Source: Ruditapes philippinarum
Lineage: Eukaryota
Length of the DNA stretch: 64,000 nt
Direction: 5' to 3'
Assembly (NCBI RefSeq): GCF_026571515.1
Contig: NW_026864618.1
Span: forward strand, 62,001-126,000
Shown: piece after piece, positions 1 through 12,997 of the stretch
How the letters are laid out: every line of letters starts with the position of its first letter
Numbering within the stretch: position 1 is the stretch's first letter
The notes under the pieces: generated by a model
The model's database searches: none
Told to the model about the DNA's origin: nothing
What the model saw: only the letters and a program-made list of their open reading frames with translations
Translations under genes and position numbers: made by a program

Positions 1-939
1 ATGTTACACAGAATTATTTATCTATGTAGAGATAGTGTTCCTTTAAAGTTATAAGTAAGAGGTTGAAATGAGCAAAGTGAATTAGAATATCAATCACTAT
101 AGAAGTAAACTGTGTGGAATCCAGCCAACTCCCTCAACAGACTACCTAAATATACTCTAACGAGAGACCACACTACCAAAGGTTTTTACCTCACGGTCTA
201 GACCGTGACAGGTTGGCAGAGCTATCAATAATTTTGTGGAATAAATGCGTTTAAACAGATAACAAACATTTTTTATTCTACAACCGTGCTTTATTTTGTT
301 TAACAAAATTGTTGTATTATAAGAAAACAAATGTATTAGATAGGCAAAACAAACTGAATTTGAGCTTCGTTGTATTTAATTAAAAAAAGGAGATAAGAAA
401 TACAGCGATAAGCATTTGTTTCTAAAATTGCACATATGCCTTACCTAAAAGCTAACACTGCCATCAACAAAAACATCAAGTATTTACGTCACAGAAGATA
501 TATATACATGCAATATTTCTACAAAACAACACATTGTTGATACGTTACTGATGAAAAACTAAGAGAGTCATGAGTGTTCTAACGAAGCTTTTGAAAACAT
601 AAGATAAATTAGATAAACTAGCAACGCTAGAGTGTCTGTACTATTTTTGGATTTTTAAAATCATTGTCAGCGAGTTATTTCTTCATTTCTAAATGTTCAA
701 TAGAGAGGGAAAAAAACAGTCTCTAGCTAAAAATTTCCTAAAACTGTATATATTGTATGATGTATATAGTAAATAACGTTCACCAGTTTTATTTTTGTTG
801 TTTTTTTTTCGAAGAATATCCGACTTTATATGTAATGGAAATTTCATAGTCTTTCGTAATGAGCATACCCCCAACCCACAGCATGTCGAAAAAGGGAATG
901 TTTAACTTAGGAGAACTATTAAATGTTATAATCAAAAGT

Positions 940-2270
940 TTTGTTAACAACGCAATGCACTCTGTCTCGCCGAGACATATCTGCCAGTAAATTCAAGTTG
1001 ATGCCTTCAACAGTTTTTGAGATAATTATGAGTTTAACAAAATCTAAGTATGAAAAAAAAACAACAACAAAAAAAAAACAAAGGGGACTTTCTGAAATGT
1101 ATGATAGCTATGATAGCAAGAAATATGTTTCTCTCTGCCTCGCCAAGCTATATGAACATGCAAAGTTTGATTTCGATACCTTTCTTTTAAGTTTTATAAT
1201 TTACAATGGGTAAATACTGAAAATTATGAAAGCCAGAATTATGAATTCATAATTTTTCACACTTTTCTCTGTCTCACCATGACCTGTCTATCGGTACATG
1301 TTTTATACTATATTGGAGATATGGACAGTATAAAATAAACTTGGCGGGACGTGACATTGCGTGTTTCCAATAAAGCGTCCAATATAAGTGGTTGGGTTTA
1401 AACTTGAAAATTATGGAGCGTCTGAAACAAGTGTGAAAAGGTAACACTCGTATTCCGAAAATGTCTGAATATTTCCATAGACAATAACGAAGAAAATCAA
1501 ATCACTAGTGTTTGACATTTTTGCATTTTGCTAAAAACTGTATCTACTTTCCACTCGGAACGAACGCTGCTTTTGCAATGAAACCTCTTAGTCTTCTATA
1601 ACTGGCTCCAAGAAATATCTTGACAAATATGTATTGCTGATGCTCTTTGCAACTGCTTGTAGTTGAAACCATTCTACAGCGCGTCCTTAATTCCTACAGT
1701 AGCTTTACTAGAATTTAAATTGAAAACATTTAAAGTATGCGTTACCTCATATTAAATAAAATACATATATATACAAATTAAATACAAAAAAATCCCTTAA
1801 TACATAACTGTATTACAAAAGTTTATATACAAATAACATGAACTTTGTTCTTGGTAGGTGTCCTAAGTTATTGATACTGAACAAGTGAATAAAGTTTCAA
1901 TATCCTATCATAACTGGTCCTTTATTGGACCATATCTTTCATAATCATTTTGACAAAAAAATTAGCTTTAAAAATTGGCATAAGTATGTCAAATTGTGAG
2001 CCACTCATACAAAACTTGGTCATTGACCTTAGATGTCAACACTTAATATGTGTTTTAAGTTTCAAAGGAATCGCTAAAAAAATGTTTGAGAAACCTTTTT
2101 TCATGAAAATTCTAAACCATAAATTCAAAGTCGAAAAAGAGGCATTTGATAACAATGCAATTTAGAGATTTCTAACTTAGAGCGTGTTCTAAACAAGTGT
2201 AAAGTTTCAAAGCTGTATGATTTATTGTTTTTGAAATACCATGTTTCATGAAACTTCTTAACTACAAATT
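940..2270. repeat. Degenerate repeat-derived region with ~150-170 bp internal periodicity (possible non-autonomous Helitron/Helentron-type remnants)
   Basis: Recurring aagtttcaa-type motif at about 990, 1162, 1891, 2057 and 2201; style resembles bivalve elements with internal tandem repeats; termini not identified. Confidence 0.35.
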
Positions 2271-2724
2271 TCTTTGTCAAAATAAGGCCTATAATTTGGT
2301 CTATATTCAATATAAGATGGACGAGGAATGAACTACGGGTGAAAACCGATTGAAACTGCAGCAAACAACAATGCGAGACTGGTTTGGATTTAAAACTGGA
2401 ACCCATATAAAAAAATAAAGCGTTTGATTCATTCGCTGTATGTCAATTTTAGATTATACATGTATATTCGTGTTTCGGAAATAAAAATAAAAATTTATAC
2501 CCAATGCAATGCAAAGCAAGCAAAGTATTTTCTTTTCTTAATCAATTAAAAAAGCTTATATAAGAATAACATTCTGTACTTGCATATAACCCCACATATT
2601 TTTTATTTAAATAAGTCTCCAGGACGCTTAGGTAAATGAACTTACCTCGTCTGAAACGTTGTCATATTCTGCCATATTTTCCTTGGAAATTATGAGGCAA
2701 GCACGTGGGACAATAAAAAATCCA

Positions 2725-2776
2725 TAAGTCAAAAATCAGAAGTCATAAATCAAAAGTCATTAATCAAAAGTCATAA
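2725..2776. repeat. Short 13-14 bp tandem repeat (ataaatcaaaagtc-like, about 3 copies)
   Basis: aaatcagaagtc ataaatcaaaagtc attaatcaaaagtc ataag. Confidence 0.8.
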
Positions 2777-4799
2777 GAAAATAGTAAAATAAATCTATAA
2801 GTCGAAACTCAAAAGTGACCCTCCAAGGCTTCCATACTACTCGACAGTCAGATTTATTTGTGTACTACGCTCTGGAGTATTCGGTAATCGACAAAGCTAA
2901 AAATAGCATTTTCATTGATTAAAATGATATTCATGATAATCCGAAGCTTTACGGAAATAGCCGAACATTTTTCATTGGGTAAAAAAGATATTCATCCGCG
3001 AAATTTGTGATTGTAACCTCATATTTCTGTTGACTAATCTAAACTTTTAATGCACTGTAATTCGTTAAATGCCTACATTAAAAATTATTCTTTCTTTTAA
3101 ATTGCTGGTTTTTAAGCAGTTTTGAGTGAGAACTACTTTGCGTTGTTAGGACTGTTAGGAAATTTTGTGTTAGACCGTGGATGTTAGCTATGTATTTACT
3201 GATCTTACGATCAGAAAATACAAAAACCTTCCTTATTGTAATATTCAATGACAAAATTTGTTCAGGCTTATCTTCAACAATGATAATAACCCTGCCCCTC
3301 TCACAAACAAAATGTTTTGTTTAAGTTGTAAAGATCTTTTAGATATTATAAACAATTTTTATTGCTTAAAGGATGACACTGTAAGAATTATCTTACCTGA
3401 TAATTAATTGCAAGGGTTTTTGTCGAAACTCTATACTGATAGGCCCAAAAGATAGTTCAATCTCTAGAATGATTTGAGAATTGTTTGATTGGTTTTAGCG
3501 CAATGCTTTTTTCTTTATCTGCTACCTGTAAGCTTCAAAACAAATAATATAGGTGAATGATAACCATGTTAATTAATCTGGATTTTATTTTTGCATTTTT
3601 AAAGCAAGATACTTTAACAAGTCAAATCAATTGTCGGCGAAAAAGCAAATGCAATTGCCTGGTCCAATTAAATAAGTAGCATGCTGAAGATTAGTTGATA
3701 CAATTACAGTATATTTAAATATCTAAGCAATTTTATAATAACATTTGACAGATGGGTTTTTTATTGTTGTTGTCTTTGTAATACAGTATGCCTAATCATA
3801 CTTCAACTTCTTTAATTTGAAACTGAACGAAGTGTTGACATTGGAAAAATTAACATTCATAACAAAGCAGTTTAATCTAACTATTTATGTAATAATGTTT
3901 TAAGTATATTTTTTAACTAAGACAAATGCATATTAAACACCAAAGTAAATTAGTTGATACAGTACTTCTTATCTTAGATAGCTAAGTAAACTGCGTTATC
4001 TTACGTTAATTCACAAATTAACCGGGTATATAAGATATTTATGTCATTTACAATCAAGGCAGTAAAGGTTACATAAAATCCTCGTGTCTCTGAACACTGT
4101 TGGTAAAAGTGTAAACAATAACAAAGTGATTATAACAGGGAGGCTGCTCACTGTAAAATTGTGCATCATAGAGCCGATACCTATTTCTCACACTATTCAT
4201 AATTTAAAACATCTGTAAGATTTTGAAGATTTTTGAATTATTTTAACTGATCTATCTAAATATGGCGACAATGGATTTCCTTACAACTGACGTCACGTGT
4301 AAAATGACTAAAATAATTCTCCACAAAACTCTTAGGAAAAGAATTGTTAAAACAACATATCTTATCATGATTTTTTATATCTATCTCAAATTAATAATGT
4401 TATGTCCTGCTTATCATTTTGCGAACAGATGCCAAAATGTATAGTCTTTCTTCATAGGTTTTATATTGTTTCAAACATGTTTCTGAGTTCTAAAAGTTAT
4501 ATTCTTTGTGTCCTAAATGTATACCAGGATGTACTTTTGTAAAACAAAAAAATGTGGTTTTCTGATACATGCGTCTAACATAAACGTCATAATTATGTGC
4601 CGGAACACATACAAATCATCGGTTATAATTCATATTAGTAATGATATTTTTACTTTGCGTCAGAATCCTGCTGTAAAACTTCCTATTTACACTAAATTTC
4701 AGTGGCTGCAGGTTTTATGTTTTTGTATACGGATATTAAACTTTCACAAAAATTTCTTTATCTGGCGGCACCTATTCTCTGATATTACTTTATATTTTC

Positions 4800-7700
4800 A
4801 CATAGTTTTACTATGTGAATAAAGCATTACCTCTTGGTCGTTACTATATTACAAACTCTGCAATATTAGCTTTACTCTGTTCATATGTCTTCACTGCGTT
4901 ATTGATAAAACGGGAATTATACTTATTACAGTGATCTTCAGATTTACCTAGCGTTTAAACTTACTTGCACAGAAAGTTTTGGTATTTTTGTTTCCATTTA
5001 AGATTTTTAAATGTTTGTTTTGCTCATGTCTTAAAATTGACTGAAATGGAATTACAAAAAGGAATATATTTTATTTTGCACTTTTTTGGAATTACATTTA
5101 TCAATTGTGAAACAAAAATAGCATCTATTGGATTACTTGATGATGCTCCGAAATATGGGACATATCCACATAAAAGCTCAAATGACCAATATATGGATCC
5201 TTGCAAAGCATGTAAGATTTATTTTTTCATTCTCATATATGTTCTTTTCTTCAAATTTTATGTCGATTTAAGCTGTGTTACAGTTTCGTCCAAATTTTAA
5301 ATGATTACTCTAGACGATTGACAAGTTTGATAAAATGAGTTAGTGTTCAGATAGATATAGGATGTTATTTCATAGAAATTTTTATAATTATTAATATTGC
5401 ATATTCTTTTAATTTGAAAAATGTTCTTTTACATACTATAAAAGAAGAAACTTAAAGTTTTATATTATTTTTATAAGGAAAAGACTTTAAAAAAACTTTA
5501 AAATGCCAAACATTAACATACTAAAATGATATGAAAATTTAAAATGTTGGCCGTTCATGTTGGTCACATTCATACCCATAAACTATTTAAATTTTCGGAT
5601 TTGAATAACAAATAACAGAACATTTCTTCTTTCATTACTAAGCACAATTCTTGAACAACATAAAACTACAAAAAAACGAGAATACAAAGAGAATGCAGGA
5701 AATAGGATATCTGCTTGTTTAGATTTTTGTTCTATTTCACAGATACATTTTAATTGAGTTATACTGATGCAAAAAAAAATGCGTTCTATAAACAAAACCA
5801 AATTAATTCTTTAGTACTAAGTTACACTGATGAGTTACTTTTATGTCTGAACTTCAAATTTTCGTTCATATATTTAGTATTTTTTACGTTTGGTATTTTA
5901 TAATACTTAAATTTATATCTATCAAATTTTATTTTTATCAAACACATTGAGTTCTAGATGAAAGGAATATAAACACGTAACTATTGTATAATTTTTTTTA
6001 ACATCATGAGACAAACGACCGTTTCTTATTAAATAGAAATTAAGTCTATATATATATATATATGTATATAAAAAAAAGGATTGTCAAATCAGTCCCTCTT
6101 TTTAGTCTCCAATAGGGTTTTGGACTGTTAATACTAAGATTATTTTATACAAATGCTGAATACATAAAAAATAGCATGTGACTTCTTTCATTCACTTTCT
6201 TTAAGTTGATTTTACACAATGACATTGTGGATAGAGACATGTTACGAACATTTTGTTTGATTGGTCCAACAAGACAATCCCGCTTAAAATCCTGTATAAG
6301 ATTTTTTTTACATCGAATAAAAAAACAACGTTTAGTTCGTTTGATCGAACAAAATAGGGCCACGAAAGAACACGTTGAACAATAAATTAACAGTTTGTTC
6401 GATCAAAATGCTATACAAAAGCATATTTAATTATATAAGGATCTTGTTGAAACGAATGAAAAAAACAAAAACAAAAAACTGACATATTATCCAATTGATC
6501 GAGCATAAAACGATAAATTACCACTGGAAATTGCACTGGAAATGTTTTGTTTTTGTTTTTGTATCGAACAGAACAAAACTAAAATCATAATAGAACACCT
6601 TGCTTATTTTGTTTCAAAAAGAAACATTTTAAACAAAAAAATGCTAATGTAGAAAATTTGTTTATGTATTATTGTGTTGTTTTTTTTCAAGCATGTATGC
6701 TTTGCACACTTTTGCTAGATGTAAACTTCTTCCAATTTTAGCATACTACTTCTTTGAGATAAACATTTACAGTAAACAAGTACCTTAGTAGAATTTGCTC
6801 TTTGATCGCCAGCCACACGTTAAACAAAATGCATTTTGAGTAAAATTAAAACACCAGATATTCGTGTAATTTTCAGTTAGTGGTATTGACATACAATTAC
6901 AAGACAGTTTCAATTAGAAATAATTTTGATAATAAGTGTCTGGTTTTGATGTTATTTGTTAGGATTACGACAGCAGTCTGTACAAATGATTTTGCTGACG
7001 ATGTTTTTAATTTATCGCTCTAACCACGCCGAGCTTTCAAACTTAGTACTTTATGAATTTTACATCGCAGTTTGTAATAAAAAGAATTGCATTTTTACAT
7101 TTCAGAAAGTTCCTTCCAAAATTCATTTGCTATTTTTACAGCATGTGTTTAAGTTTTTGAAAGACAAACTTTTAGGCTGGTTGTCTTAGTATCTGTTTGC
7201 AATGCAAAATGTCTAGCCTTAAATTGTAAATCATTATTTTATGTAATTTGATTGATTCAAGGAAATATTAATGGACGATTCTCAGGAAAGGATTCTCTGA
7301 AATGCATTATGACCAAAAAAATATTTCACTGAGGGTTTTTGACATGGCATGACTGCTGTCAACAATGTTTCAAGATTATTCTTCCATTTGATGTAGGATG
7401 CACAAATAACTTGTGATCAAAATTTCAAACCATACGCTCACACCTTTTTATAGAATATTTTTCTTATTGTGAAAAATGACCCAAAATTGAAAAGCATTGA
7501 AACGCTTTTCACTAAAATCGGAATAGAACTAGCACAAAGTCCGATTTTATTTCTGATTACATTTATTAATTATCTATTGCATATCATACAATTTTAAACG
7601 TCCTAACTGATCTTTGTAAGAAATTAAATTTTAAGATTTTAGGATTTACGACCTCAGTGGTGTACCTTTGATATCATTAAAAATGAATAAATTTAAAAGC

Positions 7701-7930
7701 ATTACAAAATGTTCCTTGATGTATTGTTTTTTACAACTTATCAACTGTTTTCGTTATTACATTGCAATTTCAACAGTCACATTTTATTGCTAACCTAATT
7801 ATTTTAATTCTGCTGATGCATCATCGAAACAAGAGCAGAACTATCTTTATACAGACACATATAGACAAAGCTTATTAGTTAATTATGATATGAAAACCAT
7901 TGCAAGACAACAAAACGAAATGTGCACGTT
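4800..7930 (+). repeat. Duplication unit A (promoter + exon 1 + 5' intron), paralogous to unit D (about 14890-17200)
   Basis: Colinear shared blocks, e.g. aagcattacctct..gttactata (4822/14907), gaatt(t/c)gct(c/t)tttgatc (6791/16332), catcatc(g/a)aaaca (7819/17094). Confidence 0.8.
5046..5211 (+). CDS. BMP1: BMP1/Tolloid first coding exon, variable copy A (intact): signal peptide + N-terminal propeptide
   Basis: ATG at 5046; MELQKGIYFILHFFGITFINCETKIASIGLLDDAPKYGTYPHKSSNDQYMDPCKA plus 1 nt (T), then donor GTAAGA at 5212. Phase 1 joins exon 2 (52361) to give DPCKA-Y-GFWGDIA, matching the BMP1/TLL prodomain motif DPCKAxxFxGDIA. Use in transcripts is not shown by the sequence. Confidence 0.75.
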
Positions 7931-8891
7931 TGAATAATACAATGCGGATAGGTAACGATACCATGTATCACATTTCCCCTATTCCATTTAACATTATTTT
8001 TCAGCAGGCAATCATCTTTTGAACAGAAGAAATCAGGTGTGTTTGTAGAAAACACAAGCATTTTATGTAATTGTTTTCGCGGAGAATACATCTGCACTTC
8101 CAGATACATATCTGTATTCTGTTAATGACATGAATATCATAAACTGTACTCTAAAACAGACATTTCACATCACACTTGATGATATTGAGACTTTTCATCA
8201 TTAATTACATTTAATGTATAAACACGTTTATTTAGCGCATATCTTTAAGCTTGAACCTGCGATTTTATTGTTTTATAGTTTGCTTCCTGCACATACGGTT
8301 TAGTTCTCAACACAATTGTCTTCATCCATGAAACAGATACACTACTGGTATTCATTTATTTGCCAAACCCTTTGAACAGAAACATTGATGGTAATCAAAT
8401 CGTTGCCTGTCCAGACTTTGCTTAATGTAAATATATTGATATCGAAATGTTAAAGTTCAATAAAATATAGTCGCAGCAATAGATAATTATTAAAGTTGGT
8501 TAATTGGCCTTGTGCTATTTTGTTACAGTTTTGTCAAGCGTTATAAATGTATGCACTTAGCAGACATTATAATATTACATTACCTATAGATGTTTATAGC
8601 TGTCTATATTAATTAATGATTATCAATAAGGTTAATTCTATATTATCTGCATTTGACTTCGTGTTAATTATCCTATCTAATTTTACACGCGTTCACAATG
8701 TGCATATTGTATCGTAAGGACATTCTTTCAGATGATTGATAAAGAAACAACCCTCCTCAGTGGTATTGTTTAACCATATTACAGTTAATATTCACTAAAG
8801 TGAGGATTATAAAGTGCCTTATTTATAGTATTCAGCAATTTGCTACAGTTTTGTGTAATAATTAGTAAATTTTATTTTCATTTGGATAAAC

Positions 8892-9063
8892 ATGAATATA
8901 ATTACATTGTCAGGTGTAATTTTTCAATCGTTTATGTTTTCAATAATTAAAAGTGATGTAGATATAAAACCCGCTTCTGTAGGATTAATTGAAGAAGCAA
9001 CACGATATGGAACCTATCCGCATAAAATCTCAGATGATTACTACATGGATCCATGCAAAGCTT
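8892..9063 (+). CDS. BMP1: BMP1/Tolloid first coding exon, variable copy B (intact, divergent signal peptide)
   Basis: MNIITLSGVIFQSFMFSIIKSDVDIKPASVGLIEEATRYGTYPHKISDDYYMDPCKA plus T, then consensus donor GTAAGT at 9064; phase 1, compatible with exon 2. Confidence 0.75.
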
Positions 9064-10910
9064 GTAAGTCAATTGATATTATGTATTATTTCATGTTATA
9101 TAAGCAATATTCTCTATATATGTGGTATTTCAAAGCATTATACACGTATATTTTAAGTATTACAAATATATATATAATTTTGCAAATCACTGAGAAGGCT
9201 TGATTGTGATACAATGTATTTACAATCATGTATTTATAATATTAATTTTAACTTGTGTAGAATAAAAAAATGTGTGACTTTTGTGTTGTATTGAAGTAGC
9301 ATAAAACACTTGAAACAAACTTTTAGATCTATTAACAATTCATTTCAATCCCAATTCTTAAATAAACAGACAACTGGAATTTCATGTTGCAAAGATAATG
9401 CATAACGACATAGTGTTTTTCTTTCAAAATATATTAAATCAAACACTCTCTATCTGTTGAAAAAGACTTTTTACCCTCAACATTCTGATTTTATGAATAA
9501 AATTACATATTGTTGACTGAAAATATTTTAAAAGAAATCTGATTTAATTCTTACAATCGTTTTCTATCACCTATAATTATCATTCATATCTACCCGGATT
9601 TCCGTCCACTTTAATCATCATTCGCGAGAAACCCGTGCATGTTAGAAATAGCACACACGTAGCAAATAACAAATATTTCTACGATGAAACCTGCAAACAG
9701 TATTTACTGACAGCTTCGTGTCAGCTCCAATTTGAGTAAATTTTAGTTAAAGGAGTCTGACGTTAACTCTTTTTTTGTGAATCCATGCTGAATGTTACAG
9801 GAAACATTTCTTATATCTGACAATAAATCGGGCCACGTTCGAAAAGTTTTTATCGGATGGTTGTACTTTAATAGAAAATTGTTATACAAAGAAACTGTTG
9901 TCGTTTCAATTCAGCCTTACCTTAAAACTCCAGCGTTAGATAATTAAAAAAAACACACACACAATTTTGATAAATCATCAAATCAAGTGTCTTAATATCT
10001 TTTGGTGGTTAGTTGAATTTATACACATATATACTTCTCTATACAAACGCTTTGATTTTATTACTATTTTGCAAGTGTTAACGATTTACTAGTCGTTTTC
10101 ATAATGAAATAATGTTTATGTTGTTTACACGATATTAACTTAAGGAGGAAAATAAAACTTTGAAATGTTGATATTACGTAATAATAAATGAAATATTGAT
10201 AGGCGTCAGTGCTCTCGATTGTCGAAGCAAAATATTAAAAAAGTAAATACTGCTTGGGGGTAAATTTCATTAGAGACATTACATGGGAAGTTAACAGTTT
10301 TGCATCAACGTATACTTTACAGCAGTACACGAAGATATTTAAAATATCCATGGCTCTGTTAAAGAATAAGATAGGTTAAATACTATAAGAGTGTACTTAA
10401 GCCTCATTAAAAATCCCATCAAAAGTTAGAGATATAATATCAAATCTAGTATAAATTATCTCATGTTCCGTTCCGAAGAGTCCCCTAATAACTTCTCTCT
10501 TTTATTATGACAATATGCAAGTTCACTATGTGATAAATTCTGATGAATAGGTCATGTTCAATTTTGTTACAGTTTAGTCAAGCGTTATACATTCTGCACG
10601 CAACTTACATTGTAAATGGCATTGCCTATATATTTTTATAGATGTTTTTAGTAATTAATGATTATCAATAAGGTTAATAGAATATTATCTTCAGTTGATT
10701 TAAAGTAATCTATTTTTAATTATTTTACACGCATTCACAATGTGCATGTTGTACTGTAAGGACGTTCTTTGAGATGACTGATAAAGAAGCAACCCTCCTC
10801 AATGGTATTGTTTAACCATATCTATAGTTTGCGGTATGCATATCGGTGCAAATTTATTTAGGGCCATACTTATTTTTTTTTAACTATTTGATACAGTTTG
10901 ATATAATATC

Positions 10911-11082
10911 ATGAATGTTATAACAATAACATTTGTACTTTTCCAATCGTTTATGGTTTCATGTATTAAATGTGATGTGAATATAAAACCCGCTACTGAA
11001 GGCTTAGTTGAAGGAGCACCACAATATGATACTTATCAGTCAAAAGTTCGAGATGATTACTGCATGGATCCATGGAAAGCTT
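10911..11082 (+). CDS. First-exon copy C (duplicate of B; frame open but DPCKA changed to DPWKA and donor weakened); functional or incipient pseudo-exon
   Basis: Hand translation from ATG 10911: MNVITITFVLFQSFMVSCIKCDVNIKPATEGLVEGAPQYDTYQSKVRDDYCMDPWKA plus T; donor reads GTTAAG at 11083 (one extra T relative to GTAAGT in B). Too short for the ORF track. Confidence 0.5.
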
Positions 11083-11435
11083 GTTAAGTCAAATGATATA
11101 ATTGATTATTTCAGGTTTCTCATAAAGCAATTTTCAATATATTTATCACATTTTATATTCAATATGCGGAACACGAAAATGTTATATGTATCTTTTTTGT
11201 AAAATCAATGAAAAGCTTGTATTTACTTGTGGTACCTGTCGGTAATATTTTGACACTCGTGCAAAAATTGTTGTGGTCGGTATTATTGTGTGTTGAAGTA
11301 AAATTAGAAATAAAATTTTATTAAGAATCCAATACGATCCCTGTCGTCCAGAACAGCTGGACCTTGTTGCTGAAAGTTGATATATAACAACGTACAGTGT
11401 TTTTCTTTCAAAATATATTAAAATCAAACGCTCTC

Positions 11436-11936
11436 CAATCTGATTAAAATCAGCTCCTAATTCTCCTTATTGATGCTACGCATTAATTAGCTGAAAACAC
11501 CATTAGGAGGTCATCTTTTCGTGATCTTTTTAACAGCCAATCGTCCGCTAACTTTCACAATTTTTTTAGGCGATGCGATTTCTAATGTAACCGCTGGAAA
11601 ACCAATCCTGAGTAGGTAATTTTCACGATTTCGAGAACAAAACATGGCGTTGTCCATAAAACAGGCAGGTAAACTGGCAAAACAAGAATTGAGTCTATTA
11701 TTTCCAGTTTATTCGTTTCAAATTACCTTAAACATTTTTTTTTCTAACAAAAATACACTATTTATTTTACTTCCACGGACACTGATATTTTGATACTTCG
11801 TCTAAGGACGATTTAATTGCATGGCTTACAATAGCTTTCTTAGGAATCCAAATCACAATGAAGGCGAAGCAAATAAGGTGGCAATCAGATCTACATGCAG
11901 AAATAACTTTAAGAGATCTGTACTTTTGTCAGATTG
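11436..11936. mobile_element. MITE-like non-autonomous DNA transposon (about 500 bp) with imperfect TIRs and a ~10 bp TSD
   Basis: Begins caatctgattaaaatcagctc and ends gagatctgtacttttgtcagattg; flanked by aaacgctctc (11426-11435) and aaactctctc (11937-11946); the paralogous site in unit B (9441-9450) is empty with a single aaacactctc. Confidence 0.75.
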
Positions 11937-12948
11937 AAACTCTCTCGTTCTGTTGACAAAGATTTTTACTGTTACCATTCTGATTTTATGACATATGGAA
12001 ATATTTCAAACTAAATAAGTATCGTTTTCTATCACCTATAATTATCGTTCATAGTTCCCCGGAATTCCGTCCACTTTGATCATCATTCACAATAAATTCG
12101 TACATGTTAGAAATAGGAAACACGTAGAATATAACAAAGATTTCTACGATGAAACCTGAAAACAGCATTTTCTGACAGCTCCGTGTCAGCTCCAATTAGA
12201 GTACAATTTAGTTAAAAGAGTCTGACTTTTACTCATTTATTGTGAATCCATGCTGAATGTTACAGGAAACATTTCTTATATCTGACAATAAATCGGGTCA
12301 CGTTCGAAAAGTTTTTATCGGATGATTGTTCTTTAATAGATAATTTCTATACAAAGAAACTGTTGTCGTTTCAGTTCGGCCTTAAATTAAAACTCTAACG
12401 TTAGATAATTAAAAAACTACACACAATTCTGATAAATCATCAACTCAAGTGTTTTAATTTCTTTTGGTGGTTAGTTGAATTTATATACATATAGACTTCT
12501 CTATAAACACACTTTGATTTTATTACTACTTTGCAAGTATTTACGATTTACTCGTCGTTTTCATAATAAAACAATGTTTATGTTGTTTACACGATATTAA
12601 CTTAAGGGGAAAAATAAAACTTTGAAATGTTGATATTATGTAATAATTAATGAAATATTGATAGGCGTCAATCCTCTTGATTGTCTTAGCAAAATGTAAA
12701 AAAGTGCGTGGGTTGAAAGTTCATCAGAGACATAACATGAGAAGTTAACAGTTTTACAACAACGTATCCGTTACAGTAATACACTCGTCTAGGGTCAGTA
12801 AATTTCGTTATACCAATTTATTTAATGAATTTAAATGCCTCCAGATTTACAATGATGCAAATTATAAGAAACTCCTGATAATGAAAAATCTGTTGTTCAA
12901 TAATAAATGATTTTACTACCTAGCTGTAAATAATACCAACCACGTATT

Positions 12949-12997
12949 ACTTTCAGCCACTGAGATTTATTCACTTTCAGCCACTGAGATTTATTCA
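12949..12997. repeat. 24 bp direct tandem duplication
   Basis: actttcagccactgagatttattc occurs twice in tandem, in the spacer of the large inverted repeat. Confidence 0.9.

Larger units (their letters stand above)
8500..12785 (+). repeat. Tandem direct duplication of units B (about 8500-10330) and C (about 10545-12785)
   Basis: Long near-identical stretches, e.g. tgataaagaa(a/g)caaccctcctca (8738/10779) and tgtgaatccatgctgaatgttacaggaaacatttcttatatctgacaataaatcggg (9776/12241). Confidence 0.9.

Noticed and set aside
4288-4299. Perfect CRE TGACGTCA as the promoter element of copy A
   Set aside because: About 750 nt from the ATG and outside the region homologous to the other cassettes; context looks repeat-derived, so not counted as the conserved module.
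4965-5045. N-terminal extension of ORF 4965-5300
   Set aside because: Starts at TTG; the homologous ATG shared with other copies is at 5046.
5024-5206. Minus-strand ORFs 5024-5206 and 15115-15333 that resemble each other
   Set aside because: Antisense shadows of exon copies A and D.
5826-5860. Hammerhead ribozyme core (CTGATGAG)
   Set aside because: No stem II followed by GAAA and no flanking helices.
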